64,000 bases of DNA from Synergistaceae bacterium (GCA_021372895.1 JAJFTP010000060.1:4590-68589), one strand, 5' to 3'. Shown: positions 48,789-58,535, counted from the stretch's first letter. Made by a program: numbers and translations. The notes: generated by a model from the sequence alone, not told the origin.

Positions 48789-49985
48789 TTAGGATTTTGC
48801 CGCTTTTTTTAGAATTTCCGCTTTGTCAGTGCGCTCCCAGGCCGGCATCGGATCAACGTCGACACGCCCCATGTGTCCATAAGCAGCAATGCGTTTGTAT
48901 TGAGGCTTGCGGAGGTCCAAGTCCCTGATTATAGCCGCAGGGCGGAAATCGAAGTACTCTATAAGCAGTTCCTTTATATTATCATCTGATATTTTGCCGC
49001 TTCCGAATGTCCTGACCATGATAGAGACAGGTTTTGCCACACCTATAGCATAGGCGACCTGTATCTGGCATGAGGATGCCAGTCCTGCTGCCACTACGTT
49101 CTTCGCGGCATAACGCGCCATATATGCTCCGGAGCGGTCGACCTTAGTCGGATCCTTGCCTGAAAATGCCCCCCCGCCATGGGGAACAGCTCCTCCATAA
49201 GTATCAACTATAATTTTACGGCCGGTAAGCCCGCTATCCGCCTGTGGGCCGCCCATAACAAACCGACCTGTGGGGTTCACCAGGATACGCGGCTTACTAA
49301 CTATAAGATGCTCGGGAATTATCGGCCTGATCACATACTCTTCAATATCCGAGGATATCTGTGCCTGATCAACCGCAGGATGGTGCTGTGCACTTATAAC
49401 TACCGTGTCCACACTTACAGGTCTGCCGTCGATGTACTCCACTGTAACCTGGCTCTTCCCGTCGGGACGCAGATATGGGATCGTCTTGTTCTTACGGACC
49501 TCTGCAAGCCTGCGTGCAAGCCTGTGTGCAAGCGAGATCGGCAGAGGCATAAGCTCTTCCGTCTCATCGCATGCATAGCCCACCATGAGCCCCTGATCTC
49601 CGGCACCAATTTTATCTATCTCGTCATTCGAGAGGTAACGTGCTTCCAGTGCCTTGTCAACTCCGCGTTTTATATCGACGGACTGTTCGTCGATCGCGGT
49701 AATAACGGCGCAGGTGTCACCATCGAAGCCATACTTGGCTCTGGTGTATCCCACTTCTTTTACTGTGCTTCGCGTAATTTTCGGAATATCCACGTAGCAG
49801 TTCGTGCTTATTTCTCCGGCCACTACAACAAGCCCCGTGCTCACAAGTGTCTCGCATGCAACTCTTCCGTTTGGATCTTCCGTCAAAATGGCGTCAAGGA
49901 TCGCATCGGATATTTGATCTGCGAGTTTGTCCGGGTGTCCTTCCGTCACTGACTCAGACGAGATAAGATACCTTTCTTTGCTCAT
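48789..49985 (-). CDS. metK: S-adenosylmethionine synthase
   Basis: [17 protein letters not shown] and GGGAFSGKD motifs. ATG 49985 (MSKERYL), 8 nt after GGAGG, is preferred over GTG 49994. Confidence 0.95.
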   Translation of the reverse strand: MSKERYLISSESVTEGHPDKLADQISDAILDAILTEDPNGRVACETLVSTGLVVVAGEISTNCYVDIPKITRSTVKEVGYTRAKYGFDGDTCAVITAIDEQSVDIKRGVDKALEARYLSNDEIDKIGAGDQGLMVGYACDETEELMPLPISLAHRLARRLAEVRKNKTIPYLRPDGKSQVTVEYIDGRPVSVDTVVISAQHHPAVDQAQISSDIEEYVIRPIIPEHLIVSKPRILVNPTGRFVMGGPQADSGLTGRKIIVDTYGGAVPHGGGAFSGKDPTKVDRSGAYMARYAAKNVVAAGLASSCQIQVAYAIGVAKPVSIMVRTFGSGKISDDNIKELLIEYFDFRPAAIIRDLDLRKPQYKRIAAYGHMGRVDVDPMPAWERTDKAEILKKAAKS

Positions 49986-50141
49986 TTCAAACACCTCCGT
50001 ATATTTTACTGTGCCACAGACACAACGCTGCCATTCTATTATTCTTTATTGATCCTGTACAGGGGAAAAACACGCACATGATCCCAATGCCGCAGCCGTG
50101 CGAGAACGCAGGCTGATCCACATTTGGATTTTTGCCTCGTT

Positions 50142-50600
50142 TTAAGAATATTCAATTGGCCGGCGCTGAAGAATAAGCAGACCCTCCCTGGTTTCAAACC
50201 CCAGTCTGGTCATAAATCCCGTGAGTTCGCTGGTGTAGGTGACAAGAATAGGTATGGGTTTGATCGCAGGATGGTCAAGTGCATAATGCAGCAGGTCAGA
50301 TCCAAGGCCCTTCCCCTGATGATCCGGGTGTACAAGTATGTCCCAGAGAGACCCCCTGAACACAAAATCGGTCATTATGCGGCAGAAAGCGACAAGCTTG
50401 CCATTATAGCGGACAGAGAAACACATACTTGTGCCGAACAGCATTTTCTCTATCTGTTCAAGCGAGCGGCTGCGGCCCCAGCGGGTGAACATATACAGCT
50501 CCTGCAGGTCTTCCGGTGTTACGGCAAGTTTGCTGTCATAGTAACAGTAACCGGAATATTCCGACTTTGCATTATCAGTGTTAGCCATCCCCAAACTCAT
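50142..50600 (-). CDS. GNAT family N-acetyltransferase
   Basis: Acetyl-CoA motif VHPDHQGKGLGSDLL. The start is uncertain (ATG 50600 or 50588). Either one overlaps the stop of the upstream zinc-ribbon ORF. Confidence 0.7.
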   Translation of the reverse strand: MSLGMANTDNAKSEYSGYCYYDSKLAVTPEDLQELYMFTRWGRSRSLEQIEKMLFGTSMCFSVRYNGKLVAFCRIMTDFVFRGSLWDILVHPDHQGKGLGSDLLHYALDHPAIKPIPILVTYTSELTGFMTRLGFETREGLLILQRRPIEYS

Positions 50601-50844
50601 CCCCGTCGTCTTCATCATGCATATCCTGCATTCCAGACTTATCTGCCGCGATTTTAGACAGAGCAAGCCCCCCGATTATTTTACGCAGGTCACCGCGACG
50701 TGCATCCTTGCTTACGGCTATCTCCATAACCTGCCCCGCACCACAGCGCTTGCACGTCCACACCACATGAGCGATACCGCTCGCGTCAGGCGAACCGGCC
50801 AGCACTTTTAACTCTCCGCATTTCTGACAAGCAACTATTAGCAT
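50581..50844 (-). CDS. Small zinc-ribbon protein with an acidic C-terminal tail (hypothetical)
   Basis: 87 aa. CQKCG…(22 aa)…CKRCG zinc-ribbon spacing. The tail reads MQDMHDEDDGDEFGDG. It is translationally coupled to the GNAT gene. Confidence 0.45.
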   Translation of the reverse strand: MLIVACQKCGELKVLAGSPDASGIAHVVWTCKRCGAGQVMEIAVSKDARRGDLRKIIGGLALSKIAADKSGMQDMHDEDDGDEFGDG

Positions 50845-50861
50845 ATAGTGATCTTCTTCCG

Positions 50862-52046
50862 TTAATTATTTTTTAAAATAAGCTTTACGCGGACCGGACC
50901 CTCTGTATAAATGTCTTCTGCAGCTATAATATAAAGTTTTATGCCGGTCTTGCTTTCCGTTATTTTCTCTATCGCATCAATAAATTCAGCCGTGTCCATC
51001 GATCCGACGTTCCCTGTAAGCGGATTCCTCAGAACGCCCTCCCTTGCCGCATGCACATTGACATCCCTGAGCGCCCTGAATACAAGTTCTTCAACCTGTT
51101 CGCGCGGCATACCGCTTTCAAATCTCTTTTCTGAGAGAACTTCTTTAGCCTTGAATATAAGCTTGGTATTGAACACCTCTGTCTCCGCCATTACGGGTTC
51201 GCCCTCTACTGCATTTGTAAGCGCGGTCAGTCTCACAAGCCAGCGCCCAGGAGAGCGGGTAAGTGTTTTTTTGACTTTTTCTATCGATTCGTTGTCTACC
51301 TGCAATGACTCTATATCTTCCGTCTTTTTACCGAACCTGTAAGCAAGAAGTGTGCGCCCTTCATCGGCAAGTCTGTCAATGATCTGATCTATCTGCTGTT
51401 CTGTAATCACATTGGCAGATATGACTCCCTGCGCAAGTATTTCTCCTGTAAGCGCGGCTATCCTGCCTTCCCTGAGACGCTGTATGCCAGCTTTAAGCTG
51501 TTCCGACTCCTCTTTAAGCAACTTAACAGATTCTTCAAGTTTTTTGCTTTCTGATTGCAGTCTGCTTTTTTCCATTTGGAGCTCTCTTTGTTCCTTTTCC
51601 GTCTTTTCTTTTACGGCTTTCATTTCGACAAGCTGAAGGCGTGCCTCTTCAAGGCTCTTTGTAGCGCGTGAGAGTTTCTGTTCGACTCTCATCAGCTCAT
51701 CCTGCTTCTCCTGAAGATCGCCCTTACTTTCAAAGAGTTCTACTTCCATCCCCTGAAGGTCCGACCTGTTTTTTTGAAGTTCCGCAGTAAGGTTTGTTAT
51801 CTGATTCTGGACATAATTCATGCTGAACAGCGCGGTGCGGACAGGTTCAGACGCGGCGCTGACGACAAACAGCGTCACAATAGCGATACCCACGCCTGTA
51901 AGCACGGATATTATCCTGGATGTATACTTAGGTCTCAGTTTAAGGAAGGTGATCCTTTTCCTGCCGAGTTTCATGCCGATTATATCGCCGGCCCATGCAA
52001 CGATCGCACTCGCAATTATCAGGGTACCCAGCAGGCTCCAGTTCAT
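50862..52046 (-). CDS. DUF3084-like membrane-anchored coiled-coil protein
   Basis: The N-terminus MNWSLLGTLIIASAIVAWAGDIIGMKLGRKRITFLKLRPKYTS matches my recollection of the DUF3084 signature. A second TM and a ~150-aa coiled coil follow. The track ORF starts further upstream at 52127. Confidence 0.6.
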   Translation of the reverse strand: MNWSLLGTLIIASAIVAWAGDIIGMKLGRKRITFLKLRPKYTSRIISVLTGVGIAIVTLFVVSAASEPVRTALFSMNYVQNQITNLTAELQKNRSDLQGMEVELFESKGDLQEKQDELMRVEQKLSRATKSLEEARLQLVEMKAVKEKTEKEQRELQMEKSRLQSESKKLEESVKLLKEESEQLKAGIQRLREGRIAALTGEILAQGVISANVITEQQIDQIIDRLADEGRTLLAYRFGKKTEDIESLQVDNESIEKVKKTLTRSPGRWLVRLTALTNAVEGEPVMAETEVFNTKLIFKAKEVLSEKRFESGMPREQVEELVFRALRDVNVHAAREGVLRNPLTGNVGSMDTAEFIDAIEKITESKTGIKLYIIAAEDIYTEGPVRVKLILKNN

Positions 52047-52197
52047 TTCTTTGAGGAGCTCGAACAAAGACACCACCTCCGCATTCGTACAAGATGACGA
52101 TTTTCTATATATCACATGCAATCTCATTATAGCAGGATATTTTTACCTGCTCGCAAAAAATAATAAATATGGCCGGACAAACTATACTTCTTCAAAC

Positions 52198-52226
52198 AAA
52201 AGATCCGGCCTCAGGCCGGATCTTTT
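52198..52226 (-). terminator. Strong (bidirectional-type) intrinsic terminator downstream of lat
   Basis: AAAAGATCCGGCC-tca-GGCCGGATCTTTT forms a 13-bp perfect stem with A/T tracts on both sides. On the minus strand it is followed by GTTTG. Confidence 0.7.
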
Positions 52227-52259
52227 GTTATACAGATATGTCTTTTGTGTCTTTCGTAA

Positions 52260-53627
52260 TTACTTTGTAAATACTGCCTTTGCCGCCTTGCGTGAGATCT
52301 CGATCCCTTTCTCTATGTCCGCAACGGGCACATTGAGTGCAGGGCGGAAGCGGACTGTATTGCTTCCGCAGCCGAGGATCAGCATGTTGTTGTTGTGGCA
52401 CTCCTTGAGGAACTTGTCGCGGAGTTCCGGGCAGCAGATGTCATATGCACACATAAGCCCCTTGCCGCGGACGTTAGAGATGTATCCTGAAAATTCTGAT
52501 TCGAGTTCCTTGAGCCCTTTGTATAGCGCCGGTCCGGCTGTGTTCGTGACATAGTCAAGGATCTTCTCTTCACGGTAGATCTCGAGGTACTTCGTTGAGC
52601 GGACCATATCGACAGTGTTGCCGCCCCATGTTGAGTTTATCCTGCTGGAGACAGTGAAACAATTATTCTCAACTTCATCGACACGGGGACCCGCTATAAG
52701 CCCGCAGACCTGCGCCTTCTTCCCGAAGGAGAAGATGTCAGGCATCACAGGGGTATGATGCTGCCATGCCCACATCTTGCCGGTTATGCCCATTCCGCAC
52801 TGAACTTCGTCGAAAATCAGCATTATGTCAGATTCGTCGCAAATGTTGCGCAACTGCTGGAAGAATTCTGTACGGAAGTGGTTGTCTCCGCCTTCTCCCT
52901 GGATAGTCTCGATAATAATAGCCGCGATCCCGTCAGGATCATCCATAATCGCTTTTTTGATCTGCTTGATAGACTGCGCTTCGAGCCATTGCACCACACC
53001 GAGGTTGTCCTCCAGGGGGAATGTGATTTTAGGATTGAGTACACGCGGCCACTCTGTGAACTTGGCGAAACGCTGGTGTTTGTTCGGGTCGTTGGTGTTT
53101 GTCACAGAAAGGGTGTATCCGCTGCGGCCGTGGAATGCTTCGTTGAAGTGAAGGATCTTGGTCCCTTTTTTGCCGTCATAGGCATCGCCCTTTGAAATCT
53201 TGCCCGCCGCAAGAAGCTTGCTGACTTTCCAGTCCATTGCGACCTTGAAGGTGTTTTCGACCGCCAGCGTGCCGTAGTCTATCAGGAAGATATGCTTAAA
53301 GCCTTCGGGAACTGCAACTTCGCCGAATGTCTTTATAAACTCTGCCATTTCCTGGGTATAGATGTCGGAATTTGCAACTTTATTGATAGCAGCGCGGAAA
53401 ATCTTTTCTTTGAACTCCGGGGTCTCGAGTTTCGGGTGGTTCATCCCAAAAGGCGATGATGCAAAGAACGTGTAGAAGTCAAGCCAGTTTATACCCGATA
53501 CTGAATCGACAATGTGACTTCCCTTTGACTTCTCCATGTCAATGACAATATCGAATCCGTCACGTAGCATCAGCTTCTCGATGGTTGGGAATACATCCTT
53601 TGGCGCTACTGAAAAGTTTGCTGACAT
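52260..53627 (-). CDS. lat: L-lysine 6-transaminase (class III aminotransferase)
   Basis: There are long stretches of similarity to actinobacterial Lat as I recall it. Examples are FHGRSGYTLS.TNT, EPIQGEGGD.HFR.EFF, LIFDEVQ.G.G.TG, FGKK.QVCG, SR.NSTWGGN, RG.GLMCA and NTVRFRP. The preferred start is ATG 53627 (MSANF), 7 nt after AAGGAGG. Confidence 0.8.
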   Translation of the reverse strand: MSANFSVAPKDVFPTIEKLMLRDGFDIVIDMEKSKGSHIVDSVSGINWLDFYTFFASSPFGMNHPKLETPEFKEKIFRAAINKVANSDIYTQEMAEFIKTFGEVAVPEGFKHIFLIDYGTLAVENTFKVAMDWKVSKLLAAGKISKGDAYDGKKGTKILHFNEAFHGRSGYTLSVTNTNDPNKHQRFAKFTEWPRVLNPKITFPLEDNLGVVQWLEAQSIKQIKKAIMDDPDGIAAIIIETIQGEGGDNHFRTEFFQQLRNICDESDIMLIFDEVQCGMGITGKMWAWQHHTPVMPDIFSFGKKAQVCGLIAGPRVDEVENNCFTVSSRINSTWGGNTVDMVRSTKYLEIYREEKILDYVTNTAGPALYKGLKELESEFSGYISNVRGKGLMCAYDICCPELRDKFLKECHNNNMLILGCGSNTVRFRPALNVPVADIEKGIEISRKAAKAVFTK

Positions 53628-54033
53628 TAGAACTACCTCCTTAGATTTTTTGTACTGTGTCATAAAAAAAGTTCATTATTATAATTGATTTATACTATAA
53701 GTGTAGCCTTCATAAAGATTAAAATCAAGGCTTAATTTCCAGACAACTATATTCAATTTACACATTCCCACCCCCATGAAAAATAGCAAAAATATAAATT
53801 GTCAGAATTAAATCCCCCGTTGGAAATTTACAAGCATTTTTAGGATCAAATACCCGATTTTTAATAAACTTTATTACTTTTAATTATGGCATTTATTACT
53901 TGTATTTAATTTATTATTAAACATCAAAAGAAAATTCTGAATATTTATTTTCTCTAACGTGAATTGAAGATAAGCAAAAAAACTCTATTCTAGTCTACGT
54001 TTATAAATTGCACAACAATTTTAGTTTCATTTC
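53628..54033. other. Roughly 400-bp extremely AT-rich non-coding spacer
   Basis: There is no ORF of 60 aa or more in any frame. Runs such as TTAATAAACTTTATTACTTTTAATTATGGCATTTATTACTTGTATTTAATTTATTATTAA appear, against ~50% GC in the flanking genes. Confidence 0.8.
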
Positions 54034-54089
54034 AAAAAATCATGGCTGTTATTCCATTGCCAAAATACTAAAATTTTAGATACAGCCAT
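54034..54089 (-). terminator. Candidate terminator downstream of mreB
   Basis: The minus strand reads ATGGCTGT…(31-nt loop containing the CTAAAATTTTAG palindrome)…ACAGCCAT followed by GATTTTTTG. Confidence 0.4.
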
Positions 54090-54165
54090 ACTATCGGCAA
54101 AATATTATTCCCGGTATAAACTGACTATTCAGGGAAACAGCCAGGCCTGCTTGACTGCTGTCTCG

Positions 54166-55239
54166 TCAACGCCATTTATATCCTCGCTTAGTTGCCGAAT
54201 ATACAGCTCCGGTTTCTTTAAGTTTATCCAGTGATTCAAGAGCTATTCCCGTGCCAAGCGCAACACACTCCGCCGCTGATTCCGCCACTACGGCATTTAT
54301 TTCAGTTTCTTCGGTTATAAGTTCGGTAAGTCCGCGGAGATAAGCTCCTCCGCCCGTAAGAATTATTCCTCTGTCAATAACATCTGCGGCAAGTTCAGGC
54401 GGTGTCTTCTCAAGGACCCTTTTTATGCCGGCAATTATGCTGTTGACCGGCTCTTCTATAGCCCGTGCGACATCCACACTGGATACAGTCATCTGACGAG
54501 GCAGGCCTTGGATCAGGTCCCGGCCCCTTATTTCCATCGTCATATCTTCTGATGCCCGTGCAATGTCACAGGCTCCGATCGACTTTTTTACATCCTCGGC
54601 AGTCTGGTCGCCGATCGCAAGGTTATACTGCCGCCGCATATAGCGTACAAATGCCTCGTCAAACTTATCTCCGCCGACTCGCAGCGATTCGAAAACGACA
54701 AGCCCTCCCAGTGACGCAATGGCGATGTCAGTAGTGCCGCCGCCTATATCTACAACCATATTGCCCACAGGTTCACCAACCGGCATGTTCGCTCCTATTG
54801 CCGCGGCCATTGGTTCTTCTATCAGATATGCTTCCTTTGCGCCTACTTCAAGCGCGGCCTCAAGGACTGCACGCCGTTCCACATCAGTTGCGCCGGCAGG
54901 TACACCTATCATTATTCTGTGACGGACGATCCGCTCCACACCCGATGTAACTTTCTTTATAAATTCTCTGAGCATTACCTCTGTCATGGTATAGTCAGCT
55001 ATAACGCCGTCCCTCAGAGGTCGTATCGCTACTACGTTTCCCGGAGTCCGGCCTATCATGATTTTCGCATCCTCACCGACAGAGAAGATTTTACCTGTGT
55101 TCTGATCCATCGCAACTACCGATGGTTCCCTCAGGACTACTCCCTTACCTTTAATAAATACTATAACCGTAGCTGTTCCCAGATCTATTCCTATATCCCT
55201 GCTCCACAAATCAGTCAGCCTCCCTAAAAAAACAGACAC
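54166..55239 (-). CDS. mreB: Rod shape-determining protein MreB
   Basis: 357 aa. DIGIDLGTATV, VVDIGGGTTD and GIILTGGGA actin-fold motifs. Confidence 0.93.
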   Translation of the reverse strand: MSVFLGRLTDLWSRDIGIDLGTATVIVFIKGKGVVLREPSVVAMDQNTGKIFSVGEDAKIMIGRTPGNVVAIRPLRDGVIADYTMTEVMLREFIKKVTSGVERIVRHRIMIGVPAGATDVERRAVLEAALEVGAKEAYLIEEPMAAAIGANMPVGEPVGNMVVDIGGGTTDIAIASLGGLVVFESLRVGGDKFDEAFVRYMRRQYNLAIGDQTAEDVKKSIGACDIARASEDMTMEIRGRDLIQGLPRQMTVSSVDVARAIEEPVNSIIAGIKRVLEKTPPELAADVIDRGIILTGGGAYLRGLTELITEETEINAVVAESAAECVALGTGIALESLDKLKETGAVYSATKRGYKWR

Positions 55240-55301
55240 GCTTTCAATACAATTTTTAGTTCACATATGAAGTTATTCTACAACAGAACACCCATTACGT
55301 G

Positions 55302-56060
55302 TTAATCCCACGGTGACGGATCATAATTTATTTTCCATAGGAAAAGCCCGGCGGGTGGGAACGTTCTCCCGCCATCTCTTCTGTCATATTCAGGCTTGAA
55401 TAATTCGTTTATCCATTCAGGGTCACGCTCTTTTTTAGCCACCAGTTCAAGGTTCCCGACTATTATACGCACCATATTTGTGAGGAAACCACTGCCTCTG
55501 AGATGAAGCCTTATTAAGCTGCCGCTCTTTTGCAGTCTTACACTGTGAAGCGTTCTGACCGTACTCCCATTCTTGTTTCCGCGGTGACAGAAGTTTCGAA
55601 AATCATGCTCTCCTTTGAGATATTTACATGCTTCTGCAGCAAGGGACCAATCATAGCCGCCTCCTTTGAGCCAGCAGGTAAAGGGTGCAAGGTGCGGATA
55701 TATAGCGTTCCTGTTCCAGATAAAGTACATATACTCCCTGCTGACGGCATCGTATCTTGCGTGAAAATCAGGCCTTACTTGCGTCAGGCGCATAACAGTC
55801 ACGCCATCAGGCAGTTTTGAATTCAGCGCGAGCATAAGTTCGCGGCTGTCCCACTTCCTGGATATGCCAAAGCTGCAGACCTGGCCGCGGGCATGCACTC
55901 CGGCATCGGTACGTCCGGCACCTATAACGTCAACATGCTTGCCATTGAGGAATGAAAGACCATCCTCAAGAACTCCCTGCACTGAAGTGAGCCCGGACTG
56001 ACGCTGCCAGCCATGAAACATTGAACCGTTATAGCTTATTTCCGCCGTATAGCGGACCAT
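55302..56060 (-). CDS. truA: tRNA pseudouridine(38-40) synthase TruA
   Basis: The preferred start is MVRYTAEISYNGSMFHGWQRQ (ATG 56060, directly after the ecfT stop). Catalytic motif is GAGRTDAGVHA. Confidence 0.9.
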   Translation of the reverse strand: MVRYTAEISYNGSMFHGWQRQSGLTSVQGVLEDGLSFLNGKHVDVIGAGRTDAGVHARGQVCSFGISRKWDSRELMLALNSKLPDGVTVMRLTQVRPDFHARYDAVSREYMYFIWNRNAIYPHLAPFTCWLKGGGYDWSLAAEACKYLKGEHDFRNFCHRGNKNGSTVRTLHSVRLQKSGSLIRLHLRGSGFLTNMVRIIVGNLELVAKKERDPEWINELFKPEYDRRDGGRTFPPAGLFLWKINYDPSPWD

Positions 56061-56061
56061 C

Positions 56062-56871
56062 TCACATGGACATCCTGTCAATGATAATCACTGTCACAAT
56101 AAAAATAACGAAAATCATTACCGCGGTATTTTCTGCGCATCCCCATTTAAGCGGGTACATGCGGACACGCCCCTTCCCGCCCCTGTAGCATCTGGACTCC
56201 ATTGCTGATGCCAGCGTCTCGGCCCGCTGAAAAACGAGGACAAATAAGGGGATCAGGACAGGAATATAAGCCCTTGCTCTTTTTACAAGTCCGCCGCTTT
56301 CAAAGTCAGCCCCCCTTGACATCTGAGACTTTATTATACGTTCCGTCTCTTCAAAAAGCGTCGGTATGAAACGCAAAGCGATGGTCATCATCATTGCTAT
56401 TTCATGTGAAGGCAGGCCAAACCTGCGAAACGGTCCCATAATAGCCTCAAGCCCATCCGAAAGTTCCGACGGACTTGTAGTCAGGGTCAGCAACCCGGCA
56501 TAAAGAACAAGATATAGAAGCCTAAGTCCCATACGCAGTGCCATAACACAACCCTCTTCTGTAACAGAGAGAAAAGCAAGCCGAAATATTTCTGCACCAG
56601 GCGTCCAGAATAAATGCAGCAGCGATGTAAATATTATTAGGATAAGAACCGGCTTCGCAGAACGCAACACTGCTCCGACCGGAACTTTTGACATATATAT
56701 TGCCGCCGGCAGCATAAGTCCCCATAAGACAAGTGCAGGTAAGGTCCCGCTGGCAAATATCCCTGTCATCGCAAGCAAAGTCATAAGGATTTTGCAGCGC
56801 GGATCCAGAGCATGAAGGAAAGAATCAGCCGGTATATACTGTCCAAGCGTAATTCTGCTTATAAAAGACAT
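56062..56871 (-). CDS. ecfT: Energy-coupling factor transporter transmembrane protein EcfT
   Basis: 269 aa and polytopic, with the conserved coupling-helix region (MTIALRFIPTLFEE…SQMSRGADF). It sits in the position ecfA1-ecfA2-ecfT-truA. Confidence 0.88.
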   Translation of the reverse strand: MSFISRITLGQYIPADSFLHALDPRCKILMTLLAMTGIFASGTLPALVLWGLMLPAAIYMSKVPVGAVLRSAKPVLILIIFTSLLHLFWTPGAEIFRLAFLSVTEEGCVMALRMGLRLLYLVLYAGLLTLTTSPSELSDGLEAIMGPFRRFGLPSHEIAMMMTIALRFIPTLFEETERIIKSQMSRGADFESGGLVKRARAYIPVLIPLFVLVFQRAETLASAMESRCYRGGKGRVRMYPLKWGCAENTAVMIFVIFIVTVIIIDRMSM

Positions 56872-57708
56872 TTAGCCTGCCTCCGTTATCATCTTCGCAA
56901 GCTCATGAGGATCCCATGTAATTGAGTTGATGAGTCCGCTTTCCCTGAGTTCAAACGACAGTTTTAAAACATCAGGCAGGGCCAGCCCCAGTACCTGCGT
57001 ACTGCGGAGAAGTTCAGCGGTTTCACGGGGGGAACCGCATAATATCTGTTTCCCGTTCTCCAGGACAAGTATTTTTGTGCTGATACGCAGCGCCAGATCA
57101 AGATCATGTGTTATATGTATAATGCCAATGCCTCGATCAGCTCTGGAACGCAGGACCGCAAGCAGTTCGCGGGCGCCGCGTGCGTCAAGTCCGGCTGTGG
57201 GCTCGTCAAGCACTATGTATGATGGATCCGAGGAAAGGACTGAGGCTATTGCAACACACCGCTTCTGACCGCCTGAAAGCGTAAACGGATTGCATGGGAG
57301 GATAGACTCGTCCAAACCGATCATTCTGACGGCCGCCCTGACCCTGCTGTGCAGATCTTCTTTGCGTACTCCCCAGTTATATGGGCCAAATGCTATTTCT
57401 TCTTCAACTGTCTCTGCAAATATCTGCTGTTCGGGGTATTGAAATACAAGCCCGACCTCCCTGCGGATCTTGCGAAGGTCTTTCGAATCTGATGAAACTG
57501 TGATCCCGTTGACCGAAACCTCTCCGGACTGCGGGATCATAATGCCGTTAAGATGCTGAGCAAGCGTGGATTTACCGCTGCCGGTATGCCCTACGATCGA
57601 CAGTATCTCGCCGCTTTCCACCTCCAGAGAGACATCAAAGAGTGCGGCCGTTTCAGTCGGCATTCCCAAATTATATGTATAGCTTAGATTTTTTACTTTC
57701 AGAGACAT
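56872..57708 (-). CDS. ecfA2: ECF transporter ATP-binding protein EcfA2
   Basis: Walker A GHTGSGKST, signature LSGGQKR, Walker B IVLDEPTAGLD. 278 aa. Confidence 0.9.
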   Translation of the reverse strand: MSLKVKNLSYTYNLGMPTETAALFDVSLEVESGEILSIVGHTGSGKSTLAQHLNGIMIPQSGEVSVNGITVSSDSKDLRKIRREVGLVFQYPEQQIFAETVEEEIAFGPYNWGVRKEDLHSRVRAAVRMIGLDESILPCNPFTLSGGQKRCVAIASVLSSDPSYIVLDEPTAGLDARGARELLAVLRSRADRGIGIIHITHDLDLALRISTKILVLENGKQILCGSPRETAELLRSTQVLGLALPDVLKLSFELRESGLINSITWDPHELAKMITEAG

Positions 57709-58529
57709 AATTTATCTCTTATGCTTAAGATATCGGCTCGTGTCGACCATGGGATCACACCATTCTTTGCCAGCTCGTCCCTCAGCACAGCAACAGGAGG
57801 TTTCTCAAAGTTCATCTCACGCAGGGTTTCCCGAGGCTGCGCCAATAACTCCTCAGGTGTTCCGCGCCAGACAAAAACTCCATTTTCAAGTACGACAACA
57901 ACATCGGCGCCTGAAATTTCTTCAAGGCGATGTGTGACCTGCACAATAGTCAGGCCGTTATCGTTCTCATTATTTACAAGCTCAAGAAAATTCCTGCGGC
58001 CGGCCGGATCAAGCATCGACATTGCCTCATCAAGCAAAAGACATCCCGGCTTAACGGCAAGAGCTCCGGCAAGAGCAAGAAGTTGCTTCTGTCCCCCGGA
58101 AAGCGCCGAAACAGGGGCTTTGCGCCTGTCCCAAAGTCCAGCGGCGGTAAGCGCGTCTTTAACACGCGCCTGTATCTCAATAGACGGCAGCCCAAGATTC
58201 TCCGGACCAAAAGCCGTATCTTCCTCAACTACAGCCGCAACGATCTGATCTTCAGGATTCTGAAATATTATGGAAATTTTTGAACGCACAGCCTCAGCCT
58301 CACCAAAACCCTTTGTGTCCCGTCCATCAACAAGACAAACGCCCTGCGTAGGGATCAACAGGGCATTAAAGAGTTTCATCAAGGTAGACTTCCCTGACCC
58401 GTTAGAGCCAAGGACAGCTATCCACTCTCCGGCTTCTATTTCCAGATCCAAGCCGCGAAGAGTTGCCTTCGCAGCTTCAGGATACCGGAATTCGACACCC
58501 TTGAGAGAAAGGGCCGTCCCAAATTTCAT
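57699..58529 (-). CDS. ecfA1: ECF transporter ATP-binding protein EcfA1
   Basis: Walker A GSNGSGKST, signature LSGGQKQ, Walker B LLLDEAMSMLD. 276 aa, directly downstream of rplQ. Confidence 0.9.
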   Translation of the reverse strand: MKFGTALSLKGVEFRYPEAAKATLRGLDLEIEAGEWIAVLGSNGSGKSTLMKLFNALLIPTQGVCLVDGRDTKGFGEAEAVRSKISIIFQNPEDQIVAAVVEEDTAFGPENLGLPSIEIQARVKDALTAAGLWDRRKAPVSALSGGQKQLLALAGALAVKPGCLLLDEAMSMLDPAGRRNFLELVNNENDNGLTIVQVTHRLEEISGADVVVVLENGVFVWRGTPEELLAQPRETLREMNFEKPPVAVLRDELAKNGVIPWSTRADILSIRDKLCL

Positions 58530-58535
58530 TACAGG

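Noticed and set aside
49179-49952. 257-aa plus-strand ORF antisense to metK. Similar long antisense ORFs occur at 44230..45003 (rho), 28174..28935 (scpA/B), 51820..52554, 58618..59298 (rpoA), 63044..63643 (adk), 42809..43429, 9861..10457 and 41908..42444.
   Set aside because: Each lies fully inside and antisense to a highly conserved, confidently identified gene. They have no RBS and a skewed, low-complexity composition, which is the typical shadow ORF in ~50% GC DNA.
49986-50141. Possible SAM riboswitch upstream of metK
   Set aside because: Read on the minus strand, the 150-nt leader shows none of the SAM-I core elements I can recall and no terminator/antiterminator pair. There is only a weak 5-bp hairpin (ATCCA…TGGAT).
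53628-54165. AT-rich spacer as a replication origin, lysine riboswitch or sigma-54 promoter
   Set aside because: I found no DnaA-box-like TTATCCACA or TGTGGATAA sequences and no dnaA/dnaN nearby. No L-box-like GC-rich helices are present. The only TGGCA(T) occurrence (about 53887) has wrong spacing to any TTGC and faces away from lat.
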